From positions 1 to 24,706 of IMG/VR virus record IMGVR_UViG_3300025652_000516: a stretch of DNA of 24,706 nucleotides. The stretch is one strand, 5' to 3'. The stretch is from a virus (taxonomy: Duplodnaviria > Caudoviricetes). The translations under genes were made by a program, and so were the position numbers. The notes below the pieces were generated by a model. It searched no databases. It was not told where the DNA came from and saw nothing but the letters and a program-made list of their open reading frames with translations. Numbering within the stretch: position 1 is the first letter of the stretch; every line of letters starts with the position of its first letter. Shown one piece after another: positions 1 to 7,214 of this stretch.

Positions 1-1
1 T

Positions 2-238
2 GTTAAAAGATCAATAGACCTTGTAATATACGAGGCACCTTCTCTTAAATGGTATGCTGAATATGATGATGTAAAGGAGATAGATTCCTTTATACAAGAA
101 AAACAACACTTTGATTTCTTAGATTACAAAAGTGGTGGTAGAACTATGGTGTGTGTAGGAGAGGATAACGAGGTACACTCACACATAGGAGATTATTGGG
201 ATGTTTTTAAGGTATACACTAAAGTAGAAGTAATATAG
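2..238 (+). CDS. Partial (5'-truncated) phage hypothetical protein
   Basis: Open frame from the window edge (VKRSIDLVIYEAPSLKWYAEYDDV...MVCVGEDNE...KVEVI) to TAG at 236-238, 2 nt before the next ATG. Not in the supplied ORF track. Confidence 0.75.
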   Translation, partial: VKRSIDLVIYEAPSLKWYAEYDDVKEIDSFIQEKQHFDFLDYKSGGRTMVCVGEDNEVHSHIGDYWDVFKVYTKVEVI

Positions 239-240
239 CA

Positions 241-516
241 ATGAAAGGTAAAGGAAAAGAAATGCTGGAGGCAATTATAGAAAACTACGGAGATGAACAT
301 CAGTTTTTAATAGCTGATGGTTTTGATGACGCAGTTATAGGTTGTGAGAATAATTCACTACGAATTATATATTCCTACGTTAAATGCGTGGAAATACTTA
401 TGGAACGAGATGGCATGAGTCATTTGGAATGTGTAGAACATATGGACTTTAATGTACTAGGTGCATACGTTGGAGATAAAACACCTATATGGTGTATGGA
501 TGATTTAATTTTTTAA
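241..516 (+). CDS. Conserved phage hypothetical protein
   Basis: ADGFDDAVIG...YS..KC...L...DGM...E..E...FNV.GAYVG..TP pattern, which I recognise from a widespread family of small phage proteins of unknown function. Confidence 0.8.
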   Translation: MKGKGKEMLEAIIENYGDEHQFLIADGFDDAVIGCENNSLRIIYSYVKCVEILMERDGMSHLECVEHMDFNVLGAYVGDKTPIWCMDDLIF

Positions 517-518
517 TT

Positions 519-881
519 ATGCAAGATATAAACACAAAATTAGCATTAAAAGGGCAGACATCAAGGCTATACATTTATGGGGATGAAAATAAAAACGTGT
601 GCCTTGAGTACAAATTAATGTCAAGGATAAAGAGAAAGTATATTAAGCCTATACTTGAAGACACTAAAGATCTGTGTAAGTCTTTAAAGAATACTAAGTA
701 TTATCATGGCACTCCTTCACTTACTAGAAGGAGAATTGTTGGTCTATTTAATTCCATAGAATCTAAATTTAATCATATTGATTACAAAAGATTACTAGAA
801 AAAGAATTAACTTATCGTGAATTTGTAATATTAGGGTATGAGATTAGAGATGAAAACTTTGCAAACAATTATAGAAAATAG
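519..881 (+). CDS. Hypothetical protein
   Basis: 120-aa ORF tightly packed in the + strand operon; no recognised motif. Confidence 0.65.
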   Translation: MQDINTKLALKGQTSRLYIYGDENKNVCLEYKLMSRIKRKYIKPILEDTKDLCKSLKNTKYYHGTPSLTRRRIVGLFNSIESKFNHIDYKRLLEKELTYREFVILGYEIRDENFANNYRK

Positions 882-1206
882 TGGTATAAATCATTCACTA
901 TCACCAAGTATTTTCCCTAACAAACACCCATTTATTTCCGACTTAGTTAAGTCTTTAAAAAATTTATCGGTTGGTTATATGTACTATAGTGATACGGATA
1001 GCGTGACAATAACTAACGACCTACCTTCTAGTAGGTATGAGCCTCTACTTAATGTGTTTATTGCTCCTAGCAAGGATGGATTGATATTTATGTTTGTGCT
1101 TGATGCAGACTCAGAAGATTATGATTATGAGTTTGTTATGAGTATACATGAACTTATAGATGGAATATTGCCTGATGGGATTCCATTTGAAATCATGGGT
1201 ATTTAA
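850..1206 (+). CDS. Hypothetical protein
   Basis: The ORF track starts at 838; the in-frame ATG at 850 (MKTLQ...) reduces the overlap with the upstream gene, but the start is uncertain. Acidic C-terminal half. Confidence 0.65.
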   Translation: MKTLQTIIENSGINHSLSPSIFPNKHPFISDLVKSLKNLSVGYMYYSDTDSVTITNDLPSSRYEPLLNVFIAPSKDGLIFMFVLDADSEDYDYEFVMSIHELIDGILPDGIPFEIMGI

Positions 1207-1220
1207 TTATTATTGTAGTG

Positions 1221-1250
1221 TTGTTTTGTAAAAATAATTTACTATATTTG
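1221..1250 (+). promoter_or_regulatory. Bacteroidota sigma-70-type promoter upstream of the ERF operon
   Basis: TTG at 1221-1223, 19-bp spacer, TATATTTG at 1243-1250; fits the -33 TTG / -7 TAnnTTTG consensus; intergenic. Confidence 0.75.
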
Positions 1251-1283
1251 TAAAATAAATTTAATTTAAACTAATCAAAAATC

Positions 1284-1850
1284 ATGGAGAAATCTGAAAC
1301 AATAGGTAAGCTAACCCTTGCCTTGTCTAAAGTACAGGCTCAATTAAAACCTGCTAAAGAAAATTCAAAGAATCCTTTCTTTAAGTCAAATTACGCAGAC
1401 TTAGGCTCAGTTTGGGATTCTGTTCGTAGCTTATTAGCTGATAACGAATTAGCAATACTTCAAATGCCTACAGATATTGGTGGGCTAACAACAATCTTAT
1501 CACATTCAAGTGGAGAGTTTATCTCATCTACCATGTACATTCCATCTAAGGAAGATGCACATGGTGTAGGTTCAGCTATCTCTTACGCAAGAAGGTATGC
1601 TTTAGCATCTGTCATAGGTGTAGTTACTGGAGATGATGATGGTAATGGTGCAGTAAAAAGCAGTACACCAACCGTTAAGAAGGCTACATCTAAGTCTAAG
1701 CTATCTGATAGCCAATACAAAGCGATGGTAAAAGCTATAGAAGATGGTAAGGGTGCAGTTGTTGAGCAAAAAATGAGTGGGTATACACTTACAAAGACTC
1801 AGTCAGATAAGTTATCTAAGTTATTAAAACTAGCTAACACCTTAGCTTAA
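1284..1850 (+). CDS. erf: ERF-family single-strand annealing protein
   Basis: K.SKNPFFKSNYADL at the N-terminus and GSAISYARRYAL...G...DDDG, the ERF signature. Confidence 0.92.
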   Translation: MEKSETIGKLTLALSKVQAQLKPAKENSKNPFFKSNYADLGSVWDSVRSLLADNELAILQMPTDIGGLTTILSHSSGEFISSTMYIPSKEDAHGVGSAISYARRYALASVIGVVTGDDDGNGAVKSSTPTVKKATSKSKLSDSQYKAMVKAIEDGKGAVVEQKMSGYTLTKTQSDKLSKLLKLANTLA

Positions 1851-2617
1851 TGAGTTTAGATAGCTTCATAAAAAAGATAGAGGATGACTCTTTCTATTAT
1901 TCCGACTACGAGTTTGTTACGAACTCGCAGTTGGGATTGATAAAGAAAGATGTACGTACCTATAAGCTAATGAGGGATAATCCTCAGCTTAGAAAGGAAA
2001 CTTTACCAATGATCTTTGGTAGAGCTTACCATGTTGCAATGCTTGAACCTAATGAGTTTAATCAAAAGGTTCTTGTATTTGACTCAGCAACAAGGACTAC
2101 TAAGGGGTATAAAGAATTTAAGGCTAATAACTTAGATGCACCCACTATAATACTACAGAAGGAGTACGATAAGATAATGCGTATGCAGGATGTTTTATTC
2201 TCTCATAAAGAGGTTAAGGATTTGTTGGTAGCTGAAGGAGAAAGAGAAATAGCTAACGCTTGGCAAGATGATGATACTGATGTGTTCTGCAAAGGTAAGG
2301 CAGACTACAGACATGATAGTGTTTTAGTTGACTTAAAGACTACTGGAGATGGTAGCTTTAATGGGTTCTCTCATTCGTGTAGAAGTTATGGTTACGATAG
2401 GCAATCAGCCTTTTATTCAGATGGTTTTAATTGTGATGACTTTATATTTATCACTCAAGAGAAAGAGATGCCTTACAACGTAAACATATACTATTGTAGT
2501 AAAAGTTTTATTGAGAGAGGTAGGGATGAGTATAAATTGCTATTAGAAACTTATAGGAGGTTTTTCATAGACAATGAAGCATCTGTAGATAGTCATCTAG
2601 AGATACATGAACTATGA
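1850..2617 (+). CDS. PD-(D/E)XK exonuclease, RecE/exonuclease VIII-like (DUF3799-like)
   Basis: FGRAYH..MLEP, E.E..W, CKGKADY, VDLKTT and YGYDRQSAFYSDG motifs; TAATG overlap with erf. Confidence 0.88.
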   Translation: MSLDSFIKKIEDDSFYYSDYEFVTNSQLGLIKKDVRTYKLMRDNPQLRKETLPMIFGRAYHVAMLEPNEFNQKVLVFDSATRTTKGYKEFKANNLDAPTIILQKEYDKIMRMQDVLFSHKEVKDLLVAEGEREIANAWQDDDTDVFCKGKADYRHDSVLVDLKTTGDGSFNGFSHSCRSYGYDRQSAFYSDGFNCDDFIFITQEKEMPYNVNIYYCSKSFIERGRDEYKLLLETYRRFFIDNEASVDSHLEIHEL

Positions 2618-2817
2618 CATTAAAAGAAAAAATAAAGGAGCAGTACATTAATATAGGACTCCTTTCAAGGCATTTAGGGTTAAGTCGACCTACCCTAAAT
2701 AAATATATTGAGTATCCAGAGGAATTTAAAATTAAAGATTTCAGAAAGATATGCAAGATAATTAAAGTAAATCAAAGGGAGGCATTAAGTAATTATTTTA
2801 AAAATTCTCAAAAATGA
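2614..2817 (+). CDS. Small HTH (Cro/XRE-like) DNA-binding protein
   Basis: 67 aa with LSRHLGLSRPTLNKYIEYP helix-turn-helix pattern; ATGA overlaps at both ends. Confidence 0.7.
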   Translation: MTLKEKIKEQYINIGLLSRHLGLSRPTLNKYIEYPEEFKIKDFRKICKIIKVNQREALSNYFKNSQK

Positions 2818-3080
2818 GCAAGACTGAAAAAATTTACATTGGAAACGGAGTAGAAAAATTTGATGGAGACATGGTAAGTGTTTCTGTAAACCTAACTAAG
2901 TTGGGTAAAGATGCATCAGATTTTATGTTTGAGTACAATGGAGACAAGTTTATTAAGTTAAACGTTTGTAAGAATCGTGATGGTGCTAACGAGTATGGTA
3001 AGACACACTACCTAGCAGTTGATACCTACAAGCCTGAACCTAAAAAAGCAGAGCCAGTAGATGATGGACTTCCATTCTAG
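2814..3080 (+). CDS. Putative ssDNA-binding protein with SSB-like acidic tail
   Basis: Beta-rich 88 aa ending ...EPVDDGLPF, like the bacterial SSB C-terminal DDDIPF; lies between recombination and replication genes. Confidence 0.65.
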   Translation: MSKTEKIYIGNGVEKFDGDMVSVSVNLTKLGKDASDFMFEYNGDKFIKLNVCKNRDGANEYGKTHYLAVDTYKPEPKKAEPVDDGLPF

Positions 3081-3101
3081 ATTATAAGTTTATAAGTTTA
3101 A

Positions 3102-3121
3102 AAGGGTATATATACACCCTT
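3102..3121. terminator. Hairpin after the SSB-like gene (possible terminator or processing site)
   Basis: AAGGGT-atatatac-ACCCTT inverted repeat, but no convincing U-tract on the + strand. Confidence 0.35.
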
Positions 3122-3145
3122 AAACCGATAAATCAATAAATGAAT

Positions 3146-3231
3146 AGGCATGAGTGAGAGCAGTTAAACTCTAATAATCATAGCTACTGCAGGTAAGACT
3201 TCCGAATAAAACCTATGAGCCTTTCTTTTTT
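3146..3231 (+). ncRNA. Candidate structured cis-regulatory RNA leader
   Basis: Nested short stems (AGGC/GCCT, ATGA/TCAT, AGAG/CTCT, AGGT/ACCT), a GCAGT/ACTGC cross-pairing, and a following U-rich run. Confidence 0.3.
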
Positions 3232-3244
3232 AAAACCAAAAATC

Positions 3245-3745
3245 ATGTTAGTAAGAATATCAGATTACGATCTTGTCGACATATCTAAAGTCGAGCATCT
3301 AAATATAGATGAGAGAACTATTAATTTCTACATTAATGGTAAGAACTATGACTGCATATACAATAATGAGTATGAAGCGTTGTATGTATTCAATAATATT
3401 ATTAGAGAAAAATCAGCTAAAGACTTTAGGTTCTACACAGACAATCAGAAAAAAGAATCAGAAGAAGATTTAAGAAAAGAAAAAGCATTTGAAATATTTT
3501 GGAATCTGTACGATAAGAAACACGATTACAATAAAACTAAAATGACCTTTATTAAATTATCCTTAGAGGAAATAAAAAAAGCTGTTACTTCAGTAAAGAA
3601 ATATGTTGAGTCTACACCCAATAAGGCATACAGAAAAACTCCTAGAAGCTGGTTGCTAAATAAGGCGTGGGATAATGAAATAATTATAGATAAGAAGAAA
3701 GAGAATAGATATGTAAAGCCTAATTATGTTACAGATGAAAGATAA
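3245..3745 (+). CDS. Phage replication protein (initiator/helicase-loader-like)
   Basis: C-terminal FEIFWNLYDKK...YV.STP...YRK.P..WL..K.W.NE pattern typical of phage replication proteins; directly upstream of DnaB. I prefer the ATG at 3245 over 3215 because of its A-rich AACCAAAAATC leader. Confidence 0.7.
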   Translation: MLVRISDYDLVDISKVEHLNIDERTINFYINGKNYDCIYNNEYEALYVFNNIIREKSAKDFRFYTDNQKKESEEDLRKEKAFEIFWNLYDKKHDYNKTKMTFIKLSLEEIKKAVTSVKKYVESTPNKAYRKTPRSWLLNKAWDNEIIIDKKKENRYVKPNYVTDER

Positions 3746-5057
3746 TATAGAAATGGAGAATAGGTTGTTAGGTAAATTAATTAGCAACTCAAGAGATTAT
3801 TACGACCATCATTCTTTGTTGTCTGAGAGCATATTTAAAGACCCTTTAAACAAAAGGATATACAAAGTATTATCATCTAATTTAGATGTAGGAGATAAGG
3901 TGGATTTGATTACTATCTCTTCAAAAATAAAGGACTCGTTAGTTGATGTTAGGGTGGCTGAATGTATTTCAAGCGACCATTACGGATACATCACAAACAA
4001 TATAATAGTATACCTTAGCCAAGAAGATAAGAAAATTAGGCTAAAGAATCTAACTGAAACTATGACTAAGCGAATAGATAGGGGAGATGATTTGTTTGAT
4101 ATGTTAGACTTCATGGAATCTGAGGTTAAATTAATATCAGAGGTTAGGGGTAGTGATATACCTGACATTAAAAAACAACTTAAGGTATTGCATGATGACA
4201 TACAAAAGAGAATGTCCTCAGATGATATGGTAGGCATACCTACAGGATTTCAATCAATAGATAAATTTACTGGTGGCTGGCAGGAGACTGACTTTATAGT
4301 TATAGGTGGTGCATCCTCTATGGGTAAGACATCACTAGGTTTAGCGTTCTGTTACAATTGTACTAAGGCTGGTATACCATCAGCAGTATTCTCATACGAA
4401 ATGGGAGATACTCAGTTACTACAGAGGTTAGTATCCTTGGAGAGTTCAGTTAATAATAGATACATCATGAAGGGTGCATTGCAAGACGATGAACTTAAAA
4501 GAGTTAATACTGCCATAGGTAAGCTAGAAAGAACTAATTTATACGTTGATGAGTGTAAGGACTCCTCACTTAGATACCTACTAAATAAGATACGTCAGTA
4601 CGTAATAACTAAGGATGTCAAGTTTGTATTGGTTGATTACCTGCAGTTAGTTAAGGGTAGTGGACATTCTAGAGAGCAAGAGGTAGCGTTGGTGGCTCGT
4701 GAACTTAAGAATATAGCTAAGGAATTAAACATAACAATCGTAGCGTTGTCTCAGCTTAGTAGAGGTGTGGATAGAAGAGAGGGTTCAAGACCTACGCTAT
4801 CTGACCTTCGAGAGAGTGGGGAGATAGAGCAAGCGTCAGATATTGTTATGCTTGTATATAGACCTGAATACTATGGTATCATGCAGGATGATAGTGGTAA
4901 ACCTACTGAAGGCTTAGTAGACTTAATCTTTGCTAAGGGTAGGAATATAGGTACTGGTACTTTACCTCTTAAATTTAAGAAGGAATACACAAGGTTTAGT
5001 GATCCTATGGATTATAAAGAGAGTTACACTAGCTACAAACCTGAGGAATCATTTTAA
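3726..5057 (+). CDS. dnaB: Replicative DNA helicase, DnaB family
   Basis: GIPTGF..ID, Walker A GGASSMGKT, FSYEM, VDYLQL, LSQLSR, RP.LSDLRESGEIEQASD and AKGRN motifs. The start may be 3735. Confidence 0.96.
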   Translation: MLQMKDNIEMENRLLGKLISNSRDYYDHHSLLSESIFKDPLNKRIYKVLSSNLDVGDKVDLITISSKIKDSLVDVRVAECISSDHYGYITNNIIVYLSQEDKKIRLKNLTETMTKRIDRGDDLFDMLDFMESEVKLISEVRGSDIPDIKKQLKVLHDDIQKRMSSDDMVGIPTGFQSIDKFTGGWQETDFIVIGGASSMGKTSLGLAFCYNCTKAGIPSAVFSYEMGDTQLLQRLVSLESSVNNRYIMKGALQDDELKRVNTAIGKLERTNLYVDECKDSSLRYLLNKIRQYVITKDVKFVLVDYLQLVKGSGHSREQEVALVARELKNIAKELNITIVALSQLSRGVDRREGSRPTLSDLRESGEIEQASDIVMLVYRPEYYGIMQDDSGKPTEGLVDLIFAKGRNIGTGTLPLKFKKEYTRFSDPMDYKESYTSYKPEESF

Positions 5058-5058
5058 G

Positions 5059-5169
5059 ATGGATGTGTTTTATAATTTAGTAAGTATTTTATTTACGATT
5101 TATAAATTTATTTTTGGTTTGTATTTTGTTCTGTACATATTGTTTGATTTTAACCCTTTAGAATTATGA
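5059..5169 (+). CDS. 36-aa hydrophobic membrane micropeptide
   Basis: MDVFYNLVSILFTIYKFIFGLYFVLYILFDFNPLEL*. Starts 1 nt after the dnaB stop and has an ATGA overlap with the 5166 gene. Not in the ORF track. Confidence 0.6.
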   Translation: MDVFYNLVSILFTIYKFIFGLYFVLYILFDFNPLEL

Positions 5170-5429
5170 AAAAAACAATATACTTTGGAATACTTCATTA
5201 CAAGTGGAGAACTATAAGTTATTTAAAAGGAATTAAAAAGCCTGCTAAGAAGTGGTCTGAATCTAAACACGAAACAGTGTTTACAGATTTAGATGTAGAG
5301 AAATTAAATAGTAGTGACAGGTATATAAAAAGATTAAAAAACCTACAGAGTTCTTCAAAAGAAATTGAAGTAAAGATAACTAAGGTAGAAAATCCAATAT
5401 ACTTGTGTATGTCAAACGATATTTATTAA
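5166..5429 (+). CDS. Hypothetical basic protein
   Basis: 87-aa ORF in the operon. Confidence 0.65.
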   Translation: MKKTIYFGILHYKWRTISYLKGIKKPAKKWSESKHETVFTDLDVEKLNSSDRYIKRLKNLQSSSKEIEVKITKVENPIYLCMSNDIY

Positions 5430-5436
5430 GCTAAGT

Positions 5437-5655
5437 ATGTATTATAAAGGAACTTTAACAGATTTAAATTCTAAACAACCTAATGGGCAACCTATGTCCG
5501 TTAAGTTTCGAGACAAGTCTGTATTCGAGGTGTTAACTCACTTCAGTATGATGATAGAAGATTGTAATCTGAGTGAGATTACTATAAAGATAAAGAGAGA
5601 TAAGTTAAAGATTTTAAGTCATAACAAACAAAAACCTCATTACAAAGACTTATAA
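5437..5655 (+). CDS. Hypothetical protein
   Basis: 72-aa ORF in the operon. Confidence 0.6.
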   Translation: MYYKGTLTDLNSKQPNGQPMSVKFRDKSVFEVLTHFSMMIEDCNLSEITIKIKRDKLKILSHNKQKPHYKDL

Positions 5656-5693
5656 GTGAGTACCATACTTGAGTTGGGCATAAATTGAAAAGT

Positions 5694-5757
5694 CCTAGCA
5701 GGGGTGCTAGGCAAGTCAGTGTCAAAGGTAGAGCTTAAGTCACTCTACCCTTGACTT
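5694..5757. other. Tandem stem-loops (structured intergenic element)
   Basis: CCTAGCA-gggg-TGCTAGG (5694-5711) and GTCAAaGGTAGAG-cttaagtca-CTCTACCcTTGAC (5721-5755). Confidence 0.6.
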
Positions 5758-5778
5758 TGAAATAATAAAGAAACAATT

Positions 5779-5859
5779 ATGATTGGAAACATTATAATTA
5801 TAATATCAACTGTATTATCTTTATCAGTAATTATGAATGCATTTACTAATAAAAAATAA
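5779..5859 (+). CDS. 26-aa single-transmembrane micropeptide
   Basis: MIGNIIIIISTVLSLSVIMNAFTNKK*. A-rich leader; fills the gap before 5865. Not in the ORF track. Confidence 0.55.
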   Translation: MIGNIIIIISTVLSLSVIMNAFTNKK

Positions 5860-5864
5860 TTACT

Positions 5865-6056
5865 ATGGATATGTATTGCGAGAAATGTGACAACAAGGTA
5901 GAGGTTACCAAGTTCACTATTAAAATAGTTAATGGAGAGGTTATAAATCCTGAAACTATCTGCAATTGTGGTGAAGTTATGGAGGATGTAACTGAGTACA
6001 ATGGACTTGGAGGTATAATAAAGAGACCAGGAGGTCGCATAAGAGGTAAAAGATGA
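5865..6056 (+). CDS. Small zinc-ribbon protein
   Basis: CEKC...CNCG cysteine pairs in 63 aa. Confidence 0.7.
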   Translation: MDMYCEKCDNKVEVTKFTIKIVNGEVINPETICNCGEVMEDVTEYNGLGGIIKRPGGRIRGKR

Positions 6057-6277
6057 TACAACATATTTCACTAATCATAAGAGAGATAAAAAATGGCTGG
6101 AATAATTTCAAGAATGCTAAGAATATCAATCAAGAAAGGTATGACCTTGAAGGTTTTACGAAGATACCTAAGGATGAAGTACAGAATACATGTAAGCGAA
6201 GTTGTGCTTGCGAAAAGAAAAAAGAATATAACCAATTAAAGAAAAGAGATGAAAAAAGAAATTACAAAAAAATGTAA
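6053..6277 (+). CDS. Hypothetical protein
   Basis: 74-aa ORF with an ATGA overlap with the upstream gene; CKRSCAC cluster. Confidence 0.55.
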   Translation: MIQHISLIIREIKNGWNNFKNAKNINQERYDLEGFTKIPKDEVQNTCKRSCACEKKKEYNQLKKRDEKRNYKKM

Positions 6278-6560
6278 CGAGATAAGAGACTTGTTGCTAG
6301 AGAAAAATGAAGCGTATGGTAATGCAGTTTTCGACAAAGGAGTTCTGTTTGATGTGGACCCACTATATGCTATACAAGCTAGGATAAATGACAAACTTAA
6401 TAGAATAAAGAATAACAACGTTTATCATAGTGATAACGATCTTTTAGATTTAACTGGTTACCTAATTCTATTACAAGTAATGAAGGATCAATTAGATAAG
6501 AAAAGAGTTTGGACATTTAACAATAATGTAAAGGGAAAGTCTAATGAAGAGAGAGCCTAA
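6249..6560 (+). CDS. Nucleotide modification-associated domain 1 (Nmad1/DUF1599-like) protein
   Basis: LL.EKN.AYGN...RI.DKL.RI...D.LLDL.GY.IL signature of this all-alpha family. Confidence 0.8.
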   Translation: MKKEITKKCNEIRDLLLEKNEAYGNAVFDKGVLFDVDPLYAIQARINDKLNRIKNNNVYHSDNDLLDLTGYLILLQVMKDQLDKKRVWTFNNNVKGKSNEERA

Positions 6561-6987
6561 GTTTGAAAAAGAATCTGATAGAGTAAGAGAAGAGGAAACT
6601 CTTCGTATACTATTAGAAGGCAAAGACCTAACTTTTAAACAGCTAGATAGGTATGCTCCAGTAGATGCAGAGATAATTAACAATAAGACCATGAAAGTTG
6701 TATCTCTATGTGAGATAAAAACAATGAGTCTTGATATGAGTGATATAGAAAGGGTTAGGACTTCTGTACGAAAGATACAACACTGTCAGAAAGAATCCTT
6801 AACTAGAGATTTACCTTTATGTATAGCCTGGAGATTTAACGATGGTATAGGTTATATATGGATGAAGGATATAACTAAAGCCACAGTTGAGTGGGGTGGC
6901 ATGAAGAACCCACGACCAGGATCTATATGGGATAGGGAACTCCTGTTTTATATAGACTTAGATTTACTAACTATAATTAAATTTTAG
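6544..6987 (+). CDS. PD-(D/E)XK-family nuclease
   Basis: RE...Y.PVDA...CEIKT catalytic pattern; W...DG and DRE motifs. Confidence 0.7.
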   Translation: MKREPKFEKESDRVREEETLRILLEGKDLTFKQLDRYAPVDAEIINNKTMKVVSLCEIKTMSLDMSDIERVRTSVRKIQHCQKESLTRDLPLCIAWRFNDGIGYIWMKDITKATVEWGGMKNPRPGSIWDRELLFYIDLDLLTIIKF

Positions 6988-6989
6988 AC

Positions 6990-7181
6990 ATGAACAAGAT
7001 TCAGAAAGATCAAGAACAGCAGTACAAGTATTTAAAGTTTGACTGCGAAATGAGAGCTAAGGCTGTAGAACTAGCCTCAAGTCTACCAACATCTAAGAAC
7101 GTTAAGTCTTTGTTAGATAATACAGAAAAGATAGCTAAGTATATATTTGGTATGGTAGACCAACCAAAGGAACAGAAATAA
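6990..7181 (+). CDS. Hypothetical protein
   Basis: 63-aa helical ORF (R.KAVELA...EKIAKYI). Confidence 0.65.
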   Translation: MNKIQKDQEQQYKYLKFDCEMRAKAVELASSLPTSKNVKSLLDNTEKIAKYIFGMVDQPKEQK

Positions 7182-7193
7182 TTTGTATCTTGC
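7176..7193 (+). promoter_or_regulatory. Possible promoter (-7 variant TATCTTGC)
   Basis: AAATAATttgTATCTTGC, 21 nt before the 7215 ATG. A perfect TATATTTG also occurs at 7142-7149 inside the upstream gene. Confidence 0.4.
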
Positions 7194-7214
7194 GTGTTAT
7201 AAAATAATTATAAT

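Noticed and set aside
3146-3222. Hammerhead, twister or pistol ribozyme
   Set aside because: The conserved cores (for example hammerhead CUGANGA/GAAA) are not present; kept only as an unassigned structured candidate.
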